From Candidatus Velthaea sp. (GTDB taxonomy: Bacteria > Vulcanimicrobiota > Vulcanimicrobiia > Vulcanimicrobiales > Vulcanimicrobiaceae): a DNA stretch of 64,000 bases. This document shows, piece after piece, positions 29,371 to 38,838 of the stretch (positions are counted from its first letter, which is position 1; every line of letters starts with the position of its first letter). A program made the position numbers and the translations under genes. The notes under the pieces are model-generated. The model saw nothing but the letters and a program-made list of their open reading frames with translations. It was not told the origin of the DNA and ran no database searches. Location: positions 64,001 to 128,000 of the forward strand of contig CBDCCS010000011.1 in NCBI GenBank assembly GCA_965214935.1, written 5' to 3'.

Positions 29371-30162
29371 TCAGCGTCGCGTGAAGCGCCGCCGCACGTA
29401 GGCGGCTCGCCAGCCGGTCGCATCAGCGCCGGCTACCTCTTCGGATCCCGGCGCTGCCGCCATGCAAGCGAAGGTTGCCCCGCGCGAACGCCCGAGTGCT
29501 AAACGCGCCGTCGTGAGTGCCGCTTCAACACCGCGGCCCCGAAACGCCGGCAAGGTGGAGGAACAAAAGAGAAACGCGACGTCGCCCGTCACGCCGAGCG
29601 CCCCGCCGCCCGCGAGTTTCCCGTCGAGGCGCACGGCAACGAGCGAGCTCGCGGCCGTTGCGCAAAGATACGTCGTCCGCCGAGTCCGCTCGGCTTGAGC
29701 CGCATCGACTGAATCGCTTAGCCCGGCGACGACTAAGTCGGTCCACTCAATGCGCCGCGAGGTCAAGGTTTCGATTGAGAAGCGTTCCGGAATTTCGCCA
29801 TCGGAACCGATCTCGCGCTCGAGCATCACCGTCGTCCGTCCGGCACGATAGTCCCAGCGCGCGAGCAGCCGCGCATCGCGTTCGGCCACCAGCGGATGCA
29901 ATTCAAGTTGCGACGGCAGCTGCCGACTCCCATAAAACTCGTCGACGATGCGTAAATCGTCTTCGCGCAGCGGCCGCGAGCTGCCGACGCCCAGGCCGTA
30001 CTCGATCGACGACCCTTGCAGACAGATCGCATAACCGCCGGCCACCGGGACCGCTCCGGTGTCGCGTGTATCGTCCGTTGTCGGAATGTTGCGCGCGTAT
30101 GTCGCCCAATACGCCGCTTCGGCACGTTCGGCACGCATCGCGTCGACCGTTACAAGTCCCAT
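29371..30162 (-). CDS. GNAT-family N-acetyltransferase
   Basis: Acetyl-CoA motif TLPAFRGRGV in C-terminal domain; start chosen at ATG 30162. Confidence 0.8.
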   Translation of the reverse strand: MGLVTVDAMRAERAEAAYWATYARNIPTTDDTRDTGAVPVAGGYAICLQGSSIEYGLGVGSSRPLREDDLRIVDEFYGSRQLPSQLELHPLVAERDARLLARWDYRAGRTTVMLEREIGSDGEIPERFSIETLTSRRIEWTDLVVAGLSDSVDAAQAERTRRTTYLCATAASSLVAVRLDGKLAGGGALGVTGDVAFLFCSSTLPAFRGRGVEAALTTARLALGRSRGATFACMAAAPGSEEVAGADATGWRAAYVRRRFTRR

Positions 30163-30220
30163 CCTTGACCCGCTACCCGCTTCTGTGATAAAACCTTCAT
30201 TGGCTCCAATGACCGTTGGT

Positions 30221-30354
30221 CCGGTAGACGCTCCGGATAATGTCGTCAAACCCGACGACGCCAGCCGAGGATGCGCTTCGATCTCAGTAACGCCGAATGT
30301 GCGTTGATTGTTCGTTTCGCGCCTCGTCGATTGTCGGCGGAGGCGTTTTCATTT
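30221..30354 (+). promoter_or_regulatory. ribosomal protein L10 leader (autoregulatory RNA with attenuator hairpin)
   Basis: CCGGTAGAC...GG-ATAA...CCAGCCGAGG core resembling L10 leaders, then CGCCTC...GAGGCG-TTTT hairpin upstream of rplJ. Confidence 0.75.
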
Positions 30355-30371
30355 CAAGAAACGAGAATTCG

Positions 30372-30905
30372 ATGCCGACCGCCAAAAAAGAAGCGACGAT
30401 CGAAGAACTCCGCGAGCGAATTGCGGCAGCGAAAAATCTGTTCTTCACCAATTATGCCGGATTGACGGTTGCCGAAGTAACAAAACTTCGGAGCGAACTG
30501 CGCAAGAGCGGCGATACGTACGCCATCATCAAGAACACGCTGTTCTCGATCGCCGCGGGCGAAGAGGTCGCGAAGCCGCTCGAATCGTTCCTCGCCGGTC
30601 CGACCGGCGTCGTCTTTGCCGGTGCCGATCCGGTTGCGCCGGCCAAGGCACTTAAGACATTCTCCGACAGCACGAAGCCGCTCGAAATAAAAGCGGCTTG
30701 GATCGACGGCAAAGTCGTCGATGCAGCGCAAGTCGGTATTCTCGCGTCATTGCCGCCGAAGATCGAGCTCTTGAGCCGGCTCGTCGGTTCGCTCAAGAGT
30801 CCGCTCTTCGGGCTCGTTTATGTCCTGTCCGGAAATCAAAGCGGCTTAGTCCGCGCACTCAACGCGATCCGCGAGCAGAAGGCTGCCGCCGAGACCGCAG
30901 CCTAA
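30372..30905 (+). CDS. rplJ: 50S ribosomal protein L10
   Basis: YAGLTVAE...LR, IKNTL, GPT and LASLPPK motifs. Confidence 0.97.
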   Translation: MPTAKKEATIEELRERIAAAKNLFFTNYAGLTVAEVTKLRSELRKSGDTYAIIKNTLFSIAAGEEVAKPLESFLAGPTGVVFAGADPVAPAKALKTFSDSTKPLEIKAAWIDGKVVDAAQVGILASLPPKIELLSRLVGSLKSPLFGLVYVLSGNQSGLVRALNAIREQKAAAETAA

Positions 30906-30925
30906 GCTTCTAGGAGTACGACATC

Positions 30926-31294
30926 ATGGCACTTGCCGAGCTCATCGAACAAATCGATAAACTCACGGTTCTTGAACTTTCCGATCTCGTCAAACAGCTC
31001 GAGGAAAAATACGGCGTAAGCGCCGCCGCTCCGGCCGCTGCCGCAGCGCCGGCGGCCGCCGCCGCTGCTCCGGTTGCGGAGAAGACCGAATTCGACGTCA
31101 TCCTGACCGATTTCGGCGCTGAGAAAATCAAGGTCATCAAGGCCGTTCGCGAGATCACGTCGCTTGGATTGACCGAAGCGAAATCGTTCGTCGAAAGCGC
31201 GCCCAAGGCCGTCAAGGAAGGCATCACCAAAGACGAAGCCGAGACGATCAAGAAGAAACTTGAAGATGCCGGTGCGAAAGTGGACATCAAGTAA
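30926..31294 (+). CDS. rplL: 50S ribosomal protein L7/L12
   Basis: LTVLEL, Ala hinge, [26 protein letters not shown]. Confidence 0.99.
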   Translation: MALAELIEQIDKLTVLELSDLVKQLEEKYGVSAAAPAAAAAPAAAAAAPVAEKTEFDVILTDFGAEKIKVIKAVREITSLGLTEAKSFVESAPKAVKEGITKDEAETIKKKLEDAGAKVDIK

Positions 31295-31341
31295 GCTTCG
31301 CTCGGCAGCGGCCGTGCCAGGAAGCGTAAGCTTCCCGGTAT

Positions 31342-32310
31342 TTACGCGATCGAACGATGCGAACGGCGCGTATAGCGGAACAACTCGAAGATTGCAGCAA
31401 CGACGTCCGCGTCGAATTGCGGACCAGCATTTTCTGCTAGTGTTTCAAGCGCGTCGTTCGGAAGCATTGCGCGCCGGTACGATCGCTCGGTGGTCATAGC
31501 GTGAAAGGCATCGGCAACGGCAATAACGCGTGCTTCGGGCGGTATCTCGTGCGAGGCAAGGCGATCGGGATATCCGTCACCGTCCATTCGCTCGTGATGT
31601 GCACGGACGATCGGTGCGAGATGCGCAAGTTTCGAGATATCGAGTAATGCCGCTGCTCCAAGCTCGGCATGCAGGCGCATCTCATGCCACTCATCGGCAG
31701 TGAGTGCTCCGGGCTTACTCAGCACGTCTTTGCGGACGCCCACTTTCCCGATATCGTGTAAGCGCGCCGCCAGCTCGATAGTGACGACCTGTACGTCCGG
31801 CAGGTCCATCGCAAGGGCAATTCGCCGCGCGAGAGCGGCCGTTGCATCGAGGTGAATGGCCGTATCCCGATCATGCATCCCAACGACGCGAACAAGGCCC
31901 GCGGCAAGCTCCGCGATATCGGAATCGTTCATAGCGTCGATGTCCTTACTGGCACGGTGAGCGGAAAACTCGGCGCGCACGTCGCGTTCGAGATCGAGGA
32001 CGAATTGCGTCATTACCGCAACGTCTTGTTTACTGCGAAATGCATGTGCGACGACTGCTTCGCAAGCTGCTGAGAAAACGCTCATCGTCGATGCCGCATC
32101 CGGCGCACGTGCGATGGAATGCAGCCATTCGCGTGCATAGGCCCGGTTACCGACGACCGCAGCGTCGATGACGGCCAGACAGATTGCGACGGTCTTGCGC
32201 GCCCAGTCCATCGAATGGAAGTGCGCCGTCGGAATACGCGTTAGAGCATCGGTCGCAGCCGTATCGACGGAGTGTAAACCTGCCCGCACCGGTCGTACAT
32301 TAGAAAACAT
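31342..32310 (-). CDS. HD-GYP domain protein (putative cyclic-dinucleotide phosphodiesterase) with helical N-terminal domain
   Basis: LHDIGK, HHERMDGDGYP and VADAFHAMT..R.Y motifs. Confidence 0.9.
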   Translation of the reverse strand: MFSNVRPVRAGLHSVDTAATDALTRIPTAHFHSMDWARKTVAICLAVIDAAVVGNRAYAREWLHSIARAPDAASTMSVFSAACEAVVAHAFRSKQDVAVMTQFVLDLERDVRAEFSAHRASKDIDAMNDSDIAELAAGLVRVVGMHDRDTAIHLDATAALARRIALAMDLPDVQVVTIELAARLHDIGKVGVRKDVLSKPGALTADEWHEMRLHAELGAAALLDISKLAHLAPIVRAHHERMDGDGYPDRLASHEIPPEARVIAVADAFHAMTTERSYRRAMLPNDALETLAENAGPQFDADVVAAIFELFRYTRRSHRSIA

Positions 32311-32360
32311 GTCTGTGCTCTCTTTACAGCCGCTAGCGGAACCGAAAAGCAGCTTCTAAG

Positions 32361-32429
32361 TTAGCCGCAGGCCGGCGGCAAATGCATGGCGATCGCGATG
32401 ATGTTTGCAACGTGCACGAGCAATTCCAT
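32361..32429 (-). CDS. 22-aa peptide, copy 2 (MELLVHVANIIAIAMHLPPACG)
   Basis: Read manually; AAGGACGG RBS 5 nt before ATG; paralog 140 nt upstream differs mostly at silent sites. Confidence 0.85.
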   Translation of the reverse strand: MELLVHVANIIAIAMHLPPACG

Positions 32430-32500
32430 TGTCGCCGTCCTTGAGTGAAAAGTGAGAACGTCGTAACGCCGTATTGGGCTGAGCCGGACGTTCGCCGAGG

Positions 32501-32569
32501 TTAGCCGCAGGCGGGCGGCAGATGCATGGCGATCGCGACGATGTTGGCGATATGCATGAGCAGTTCCAT
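32501..32569 (-). CDS. 22-aa peptide, copy 1 (MELLMHIANIVAIAMHLPPACG)
   Basis: Read manually; AGGACGG RBS 5 nt before ATG; similarity to copy 2 covers RBS and ORF, ending at the stop codon. Confidence 0.85.
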   Translation of the reverse strand: MELLMHIANIVAIAMHLPPACG

Positions 32570-32627
32570 AATAACCGTCCTATCGTTTACGTGTGGCGGA
32601 AAGGCCGTCGAGCGATTCCTTACACAT

Positions 32628-32763
32628 ATCTTAAGCGGTTTTACCAAAACTCTACATACCGGCTTTCAGGTAAACCCGGGTGTGAAGGTGGACGCAGGTC
32701 GCATCTCGTCACGAACCGGCCGGCGCTTACAAAGCGCTTAACGATTGAGCCGGGTAAACCCGG
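32628..32763 (-). promoter_or_regulatory. putative activator-dependent promoter of the peptide genes with repeated GGTAAA(A/C)CCG motifs
   Basis: TAAGAT -10 (32628-32633, minus); GGTAAACCCGG at 32669-32679 and 32753-32763; inverted near-copy CGGTTTTACC at 32636-32645. Confidence 0.5.
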
Positions 32764-32815
32764 TTATTTGCCGATGCGCGGGCGGACGGTTAGCCGAAAA
32801 AAGCGATACTGCGGA

Positions 32816-35443
32816 CTACGCGTCGATACGTTCGTCGCAGCGTTTTTCTTCGAGCCATCCATGGGTGCGTGCATACACCAACGCTTCGGCGCGACTGACA
32901 CAACCGAGCTTTTTATAGATCGATTTCAACTGCGCTTCGATGGTGTGCGGCGATTTGCCGAGATAGCCCGCGACCGCGAGCGTATTTGCGCCGTTGCGAA
33001 AAGCACGCAGCGTTCGAATTTCCGCGGGCGTCAAGCCGCCGACCGTCGTACCTTTGCCGACGATCATCTCGAACAAACGGCCGTAACCGCCCCAGCCGTA
33101 CGTCTCGAGACTCGCCAGCGACGCGCGCAAGACGGCCGGTGGCGTAAGGTGCCGTTGATGCGAACAGATCTCGATCGCCGCGGCGAACAAGATGCGATCG
33201 TTTTCGGCGACCGCGCCTTCGTCGAAACGGTGCATACGTCGCGCCTGCGCGTTGCGATCGTGACACCAAAGTGCGATCCCGCGCGTAACACGCGCAAGAT
33301 TGAGGTAGCGACGGCTCACGAAATCGCCCGTCGCCTCGAAAAGCAGCGGTGACTTGAGCATGGCGAGGCTCTCGTCGCGCCGATCGGCTAAAAATAACAG
33401 CAGCGCGAGCATCGACTCGCGTAACGCACGTTCGGCTCCGCTTAGCTCGGCGATGTCGATGACCGACAGCGTGCTGATGGCTTTGGCGAGTTGACCGCGG
33501 ATTGCTTGAGCGAGCGCGCGAGCGTTACGCGCCGGAAACGATGTGCGGAACGTGCGCACATCGTGAAAGCGGTTGAGCTGCGCGTCGGCGGTATCGAACG
33601 CGAACGCATCGCCGCGATATGCGTGCAAAACATACTCGCCGCGCAATCCGTACGCCGTCAGACCGTTATCGCCCGCGCGATCGCCGTTGAGAAAGGTCAT
33701 TCGCGCGTGACTTAGAGCGATGCGCGAGTCGATTTCGGTCAGCGAAGTAACGCTGTAGAGCACGCTGTGTGCCGCTGCGGCGTAATACCACATGTTGAGT
33801 TCGGTGGCGAGTTGTGCTGCGTCGCGAGCGAACGCGGCCGCCGACCGCAGATCGCCCAGATAGTAGGCAGTGAAGCTCAGCCGTTGCTGAATTCGCGCGC
33901 GCGCCGCCGGTTCGACCGTACCAAGATCCGCCAGAATCCCTTCGATCATCTGGCGTGCGGCGTCGGCACGCAATGCGGTCGCCAATGCCGCCGCTAGACT
34001 CGAGCGAAGCTCGATCCGGTCGGCGAACGGAACGGCCGGATCGGCGACGAGCGGCTCGAGGATCGAAACCGCGAGGTCGCCCTCGCCGCGATTGAGATAC
34101 GCGGTCGCTAAACGGCGGCCGGTTTCGATCCGCATCGCGGGTGGCAATCCGCGCTCGTGCGCGTAAATGAATAGCGCCTCGGCGTTGCTCGTGTTTCCGT
34201 CGGCATAACTGAGAACGCCGCGCAACGCCATGACAGCGGGATGATTGCCCAGACCTTTCTCGCTTAAAAATTGCAGCGCTCGGGCAACGACTGCGCGATG
34301 ACCGCGTTCGATCAGCGGAAATCCGGCGCCGGCAAGGAGACCGATGACGCGCTGGTCGTCGCCGCCGGCGATGAGCACTTGCAATGCCTCAGCTTGCCGG
34401 CCGTGCAAAATCAGGCCCGTCGCGAGCCGTTCGCGTAAAGCAGCGAGCTTCGCCGGCTGGCGCCGGATTGTCTTATGAATGAATTCGGCGAACAGATCGT
34501 GCAACGCATACCCGCCTTCGAGCGTGCGTTGCACGAACGGAATAGCATTGTGCGCGCGTTCGAGCAACATTTCGGCGCCGACGAACCCGGCGGCACTCAG
34601 CACGTCCGAATTTGTCACCGGTAAGAGCGCGCAGGCAAAGATCGTTTCCCGAATTTCGTCGGCAACGTGCGGCCACAGCTCGAGTTCGATTTGAGAAAAG
34701 AGCACTTCGCGCGTCCGGATTTGCAGCGGTGCTATCGAACGCGTGCGATCCCATAATTGGAGCGCGAGATGGATGGCCATCGGCCAGCCGCCGGAGTCGG
34801 CAACGATCAAGCGCAACATATCGCGCTCGATATTGACCCCGCGCGCGACGGCCAGACCAACGGCTTCATCGAGCGTAAATGCGAGATCGTCGTCGGTGAT
34901 CGGCAGGGCCATCGTCCCGCGTGCGATCCACGTGCCGATCGGCAGCGCGGGGACCTCTCGGCTAGCGGCGATCCAGCGCACGTACGTTGCAGTCAATTCG
35001 ATGATGCGGGCGAGGAACGCAATGGCTTGCGGATCGCCGAAGCTGCGGTGCAAATCATCGATAACGATCGTGCCGTCGAAAAGCCGCAGGCGACGCGCCA
35101 TCCATTCAATGACGTGCTCGAAATTTTTCGGCGCACCCGATCCGTCGAAAAGCGCCGGAACCGATGCGATATGATCCGGAACCGCGGCGACCGTCAGCAA
35201 ACGGACGAGGTCTTCTAAGCGAGCAGATGCCGGCAGTTCGATCCAGCGGAACGACGGATCGTCATCGATCGTATCGCGCAGGCCGATCGTTTTCCCGTAA
35301 CCGGGCGGTGCAATGAGCAGCGACACGGCGCCGCTCTTCAACGCCGACCGCACGAGTGTGGCCACGCGTTCGCGACGCAGCGACATCGCACGCGTCGCAG
35401 TTCGGACGGCTAACGGTTCGACGCCGACGTAAGCCGGATGCAT
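32816..35443 (-). CDS. MalT-like regulator: STAND-type ATPase + helical/TPR-like sensor region + C-terminal LuxR HTH
   Basis: Walker A APPGYGKT, Walker B IVIDDLH, SGGWP; C-terminal LTPAE...KSPHTIEAQLKSIYKKLG..SR. Confidence 0.9.
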   Translation of the reverse strand: MHPAYVGVEPLAVRTATRAMSLRRERVATLVRSALKSGAVSLLIAPPGYGKTIGLRDTIDDDPSFRWIELPASARLEDLVRLLTVAAVPDHIASVPALFDGSGAPKNFEHVIEWMARRLRLFDGTIVIDDLHRSFGDPQAIAFLARIIELTATYVRWIAASREVPALPIGTWIARGTMALPITDDDLAFTLDEAVGLAVARGVNIERDMLRLIVADSGGWPMAIHLALQLWDRTRSIAPLQIRTREVLFSQIELELWPHVADEIRETIFACALLPVTNSDVLSAAGFVGAEMLLERAHNAIPFVQRTLEGGYALHDLFAEFIHKTIRRQPAKLAALRERLATGLILHGRQAEALQVLIAGGDDQRVIGLLAGAGFPLIERGHRAVVARALQFLSEKGLGNHPAVMALRGVLSYADGNTSNAEALFIYAHERGLPPAMRIETGRRLATAYLNRGEGDLAVSILEPLVADPAVPFADRIELRSSLAAALATALRADAARQMIEGILADLGTVEPAARARIQQRLSFTAYYLGDLRSAAAFARDAAQLATELNMWYYAAAAHSVLYSVTSLTEIDSRIALSHARMTFLNGDRAGDNGLTAYGLRGEYVLHAYRGDAFAFDTADAQLNRFHDVRTFRTSFPARNARALAQAIRGQLAKAISTLSVIDIAELSGAERALRESMLALLLFLADRRDESLAMLKSPLLFEATGDFVSRRYLNLARVTRGIALWCHDRNAQARRMHRFDEGAVAENDRILFAAAIEICSHQRHLTPPAVLRASLASLETYGWGGYGRLFEMIVGKGTTVGGLTPAEIRTLRAFRNGANTLAVAGYLGKSPHTIEAQLKSIYKKLGCVSRAEALVYARTHGWLEEKRCDERIDA

Positions 35444-35883
35444 TAGGCTGCAGCCGGCGCTTTGTAAAAGAAAATCTCCGGATCGCCCGGATCGAGATTC
35501 TCAACTTTACCGCTGCGCACGTAACCGCAATCCCGCAGCAACGCGTGCATTGCGGTATTCGACTCATTGGTCGAGGTGAACAGCGCTTCGCCGGGACAGG
35601 CGCCGGCGAATGCGCGGAGCAACCAAGACGCGATACCACGCCGCCGAAACGCCGGCTTGACGCCCAGCAGCCACACGAACGGCCGGGCGAAAAACGCCCG
35701 ATCCCAGATCATGTAGCCGGCCATCGATCCGTCGCAAAACGCCCCTACAACGTTGCGCCGGCCGAACGAATCAACGATGAACGGACGTTTCGCAGCAATA
35801 TGACCGGTGCTGCACGCAACGATTGCATCGGCCTCACTCGCCGCGAGCGCTCGCAGTTCGATTCGGCCGGCAAGTAAACTCAC
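35443..35883 (-). CDS. GNAT-family N-acetyltransferase
   Basis: VKPAFRRRGIA and STNESNTAM motifs; stop overlaps regulator start (TAATG); start uncertain (GTG 35883, frame open to 35991). Confidence 0.8.
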   Translation of the reverse strand: MSLLAGRIELRALAASEADAIVACSTGHIAAKRPFIVDSFGRRNVVGAFCDGSMAGYMIWDRAFFARPFVWLLGVKPAFRRRGIASWLLRAFAGACPGEALFTSTNESNTAMHALLRDCGYVRSGKVENLDPGDPEIFFYKAPAAA

Positions 35884-36215
35884 GCGACGCCGACGGAATT
35901 GGCGTTTTGTCGACGCCGAACGTTCCGGCATCGTCCATATCCATTCTGTTGTATGCGCTTCGTCTTTACGTTTTTCGTCGTTGAATCCCACTCGACACAG
36001 CAGCCTGTCTTCACCTGACGAACGACCGAGGAGTGTAAATTTTCCGTAAGGCCGCCGTCGGCCGATGAACGAACCGTCCGGTCATTGGATGATAGGCTTC
36101 TTAAAGCAGCGCTCAAGCGCTTTTACTGACGACCTAACCGTTTTGGTAGTTCCCTCGGCAACCGGCACCGGTCGCTAAGCGCGTCGGACCGCTCGGATGC
36201 GGGCCGCGTAGCGGC

Positions 36216-37073
36216 TCAGCGCAGAGCAGTTGTTTGCGTGGAATACCGGCTGGCCGCCGGCAACGCTACCGCTTTCGCTTCGTTTGCAGAGAACCGGCCG
36301 AATAAGCCGGGCGCCGAGGCAAAGAGCGACTGCAAATCTTCAATCCGATGACTATCGGTCGGATGGTCCGACAGCATTTCCATCTGGCCGCCGGTGTCCG
36401 CTTTCTCGAATTGCTCGAAGAGCCAAATCATCCCGTACGGGTTTGAGCCGGCCTGCGCGCATGTTTGCGCGCCTTTACGATCGGCAGCGCTCTCAACTTC
36501 GCGCGAATACCCTTGCGTTACCGCGGTGAGACCGATGCTCGCTAACGGATTTATGATCGAATCCGCGCGTGCGCCCAGCAATAGTTGTGCGGCAAGTGCG
36601 CCGATTTGAGCGGTCGTTTGCGCGCGCTGAGCTTTGGCCATGTTGTTAACGACGTCGTGATGGATATCGTGCGATGTCTCGTGACATAGCACGCCGGCAA
36701 GTTCGTCGCGATTCTTGACGAACTTCATCAAGGAATCCGTCACGTACACGTTTCCGCCCGGTACGGCAAAGGCGTTCGGTTGTGCTTCGTGCACGAGGAT
36801 GAAGTGAAACGGAAACGTGTACTGAGGATCCGCGATCGCTTTAATTTGGCGCGCAATCGGATTGAGGATGCCGTAATAACGCGACGCCGGAATGATTTCG
36901 CCCTTACCGGACAACTCGCTGTACACTTGGCGTCCGATTTGTGTTTCCTGGTCGCTATCGGCTGCAGCGCGAACGGCACTCGTCGTTAGAACGAGCACCG
37001 CCGTTAGCAGCCCGGCCGCGACCGGTCGCGTGCATTGTCGCAATTGCGCTTGAATCTGCGCGATGATGTTCAC
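36216..37073 (-). CDS. exported M48-family metallopeptidase
   Basis: NAFAVPGG, HETSH (HExxH), YSREVESAAD and LSDHP motifs; start trimmed to GTG 37073. Confidence 0.88.
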   Translation of the reverse strand: MNIIAQIQAQLRQCTRPVAAGLLTAVLVLTTSAVRAAADSDQETQIGRQVYSELSGKGEIIPASRYYGILNPIARQIKAIADPQYTFPFHFILVHEAQPNAFAVPGGNVYVTDSLMKFVKNRDELAGVLCHETSHDIHHDVVNNMAKAQRAQTTAQIGALAAQLLLGARADSIINPLASIGLTAVTQGYSREVESAADRKGAQTCAQAGSNPYGMIWLFEQFEKADTGGQMEMLSDHPTDSHRIEDLQSLFASAPGLFGRFSANEAKAVALPAASRYSTQTTALR

Positions 37074-37168
37074 GCCGTTACAACGTTGGCACGGCGTCGA
37101 AAATTTCGGCCGCGCGCCCGGCACAGGATGGCTTTGCAAGCGAAACGAAAGCGTCGGACGCCGGTAGC

Positions 37169-37242
37169 GCGGGTGTGATGTAATGGTAGCCTGCGACCTT
37201 CCCAAGGTTGATGCGCGGGTTCGATTCCCGCCACCCGCTCCA
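37169..37242 (+). tRNA. tRNA-Gly (CCC)
   Basis: GCGGGTG/CACCCGC acceptor stem, anticodon loop TTCCCAA, GGTTCGATTCC T-arm, 3' CCA. Confidence 0.97.
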
Positions 37243-37257
37243 GACTCCGAAGACCGG

Positions 37258-37331
37258 GGCGACATAGCCAAGTGGTAAGGCAGAGCTCTGCAAAAGCTCC
37301 ATCCCCAGTTCGAATCTGGGTGTCGCCTCCA
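37258..37331 (+). tRNA. tRNA-Cys (GCA)
   Basis: GGCGACA/TGTCGCC acceptor stem, anticodon loop CTGCAAA, GTTCGAATC T-arm, 3' CCA. Confidence 0.97.
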
Positions 37332-37415
37332 AATTCGGTTCCGCGGCGGACCGGCGTCGCCGTGCCGTTGCACTGAACGATGAGCCCGCAAGTGTTGCGC
37401 AGAACGCAGCGCACA

Positions 37416-38195
37416 ATGCTTGCCAAGCGGATCGTGCCGTGTTTGGACATAAAAAACGGACGCGTCGTCAAAGGCGTCCGTTTTGTCGGACTCGCCGATG
37501 CAGGAGATCCGGTCGAACTTGCTCGCGGCTACGAAGCGGCCGGCGCCGATGAACTCGTGTTTCTCGATATCACGGCCACGGTCGAAGGCCGCGGAGCGAC
37601 GCTTGCCGTCGTGCGAGCTGTCGCGGCCGAGTTGACGATTCCGTTCGCGGTCGGCGGCGGCGTGCAGAGCGTTGCCGACATCAACGCACTCTTGCGCGCC
37701 GGGTGCGATAAGGTGAGCGTCAATTCGGCGGCATTGCGGCGGCCCGAACTCATCGCCGAGGCCGCTCGGATCTTCGGCAACCAGTGCATCGTCGTTGCGA
37801 TCGACGCGCGGGCGGCCGGCGATGGGTTCGAGGTCGTCGTCGACGGCGGCCGGACGCCGACGGGCCGTGACGCCGTGGAATGGGCGCGTAGCGTGCAAGA
37901 CCTCGGTGCCGGCGAACTGCTTCTGACGAGCATCGATCGCGACGGTACGCGTGCGGGATTCGATCTCGCCCTCGTCCGCGCCGTGCGAGATGCGGTCGAT
38001 TTGCCGATCGTTGCATCGGGCGGCGCCGGATCGATTGCCGACTTTGCCGACGTCTTCATTCTGGCTGAAGCGGATGCAGCGTTAGCGGCTTCGCTTTTTC
38101 ACTTCGGAGAACTTCGCATCGCAACGCTCAAAGACGGACTGGCCGATCGCGGCATCCACGTACGCCGCGAGTGCGTCGCCCCGATGCACACGTGA
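37416..38195 (+). CDS. hisF: imidazole glycerol phosphate synthase subunit HisF
   Basis: [36 protein letters not shown]. Confidence 0.97.
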   Translation: MLAKRIVPCLDIKNGRVVKGVRFVGLADAGDPVELARGYEAAGADELVFLDITATVEGRGATLAVVRAVAAELTIPFAVGGGVQSVADINALLRAGCDKVSVNSAALRRPELIAEAARIFGNQCIVVAIDARAAGDGFEVVVDGGRTPTGRDAVEWARSVQDLGAGELLLTSIDRDGTRAGFDLALVRAVRDAVDLPIVASGGAGSIADFADVFILAEADAALAASLFHFGELRIATLKDGLADRGIHVRRECVAPMHT

Positions 38196-38833
38196 CGCAG
38201 CTCTCGGCTTTGCAGTGGCCGTCCGCAGGGCTCTTGCCCGTCATCATCGTCGACGATCGCAGCGGCGCGGTCCTCACCTTGGCGTATACCGATCGCGAGG
38301 CGCTCGAGCGAACGTTGACGACACGCTCGACCTGGCTCTTTAGCCGGTCGCGAAACAAACTCTGGAATAAGGGCGCAACGTCCGGTAACACGCAGCGCGT
38401 CGTTACCGTCGATATCGACTGCGACGGCGACACGCTCATGTATCGAGTCGTTCCGAATGGTCCGGCTTGTCACACCGGCGCGCAGGCGTGCTTCGCGCCG
38501 GCCGTTCGCTTCGAGGGCGAGGCTGCGACGCGCAGCGCGAGCTTTGCTACCGTGCTTGGCGAACTTGCGGCGGTGATCGCGCAACGCAAGCGCGAACCGG
38601 TCGCCGGGAGCTACACGGCATCGCTCTTTGCCGGCGGAGTCGACCGCATCGGGAAAAAAATCGGTGAAGAAGCAACCGAGGTTGTGATTGCCGCCAAAAA
38701 CACCGATCGTCGCGAACTGATCTGGGAGACCGCGGATCTGCTGTATCATACGCTCGTCATGCTGGCGCAACGCGACATCGCACTCGATGAGGTCGGCGCC
38801 GAATTAGCGCGACGCGCAGCGCCGGCGACCTAA
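38192..38833 (+). CDS. hisIE: bifunctional phosphoribosyl-AMP cyclohydrolase / phosphoribosyl-ATP diphosphatase
   Basis: [35 protein letters not shown] and ADLLYH. Confidence 0.95.
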   Translation: MTQLSALQWPSAGLLPVIIVDDRSGAVLTLAYTDREALERTLTTRSTWLFSRSRNKLWNKGATSGNTQRVVTVDIDCDGDTLMYRVVPNGPACHTGAQACFAPAVRFEGEAATRSASFATVLGELAAVIAQRKREPVAGSYTASLFAGGVDRIGKKIGEEATEVVIAAKNTDRRELIWETADLLYHTLVMLAQRDIALDEVGAELARRAAPAT

Positions 38834-38838
38834 CGTCA

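Noticed and set aside
32361..32582. Direct repeat as a CRISPR array or IS ends
   Set aside because: Only two ~80-nt copies, codon-patterned divergence, no cas or transposase genes
32522..33352. 276-aa + strand ORF
   Set aside because: Antisense shadow of the LuxR regulator and the peptide gene; no recognisable motifs
36065..36178. 37-aa + strand ORF between GNAT and M48 genes
   Set aside because: No RBS, no paralog, no motif
31300..37331. Genomic island integrated at tRNA-Gly/Cys
   Set aside because: No integrase and no duplicated tRNA 3' end seen; housekeeping his genes follow the tRNAs directly
37074..37898. 560-aa ORF 36216..37898 taken as one protein
   Set aside because: The N-terminal half is antisense to two tRNAs and hisF; M48 homology and the signal peptide begin only near 37073
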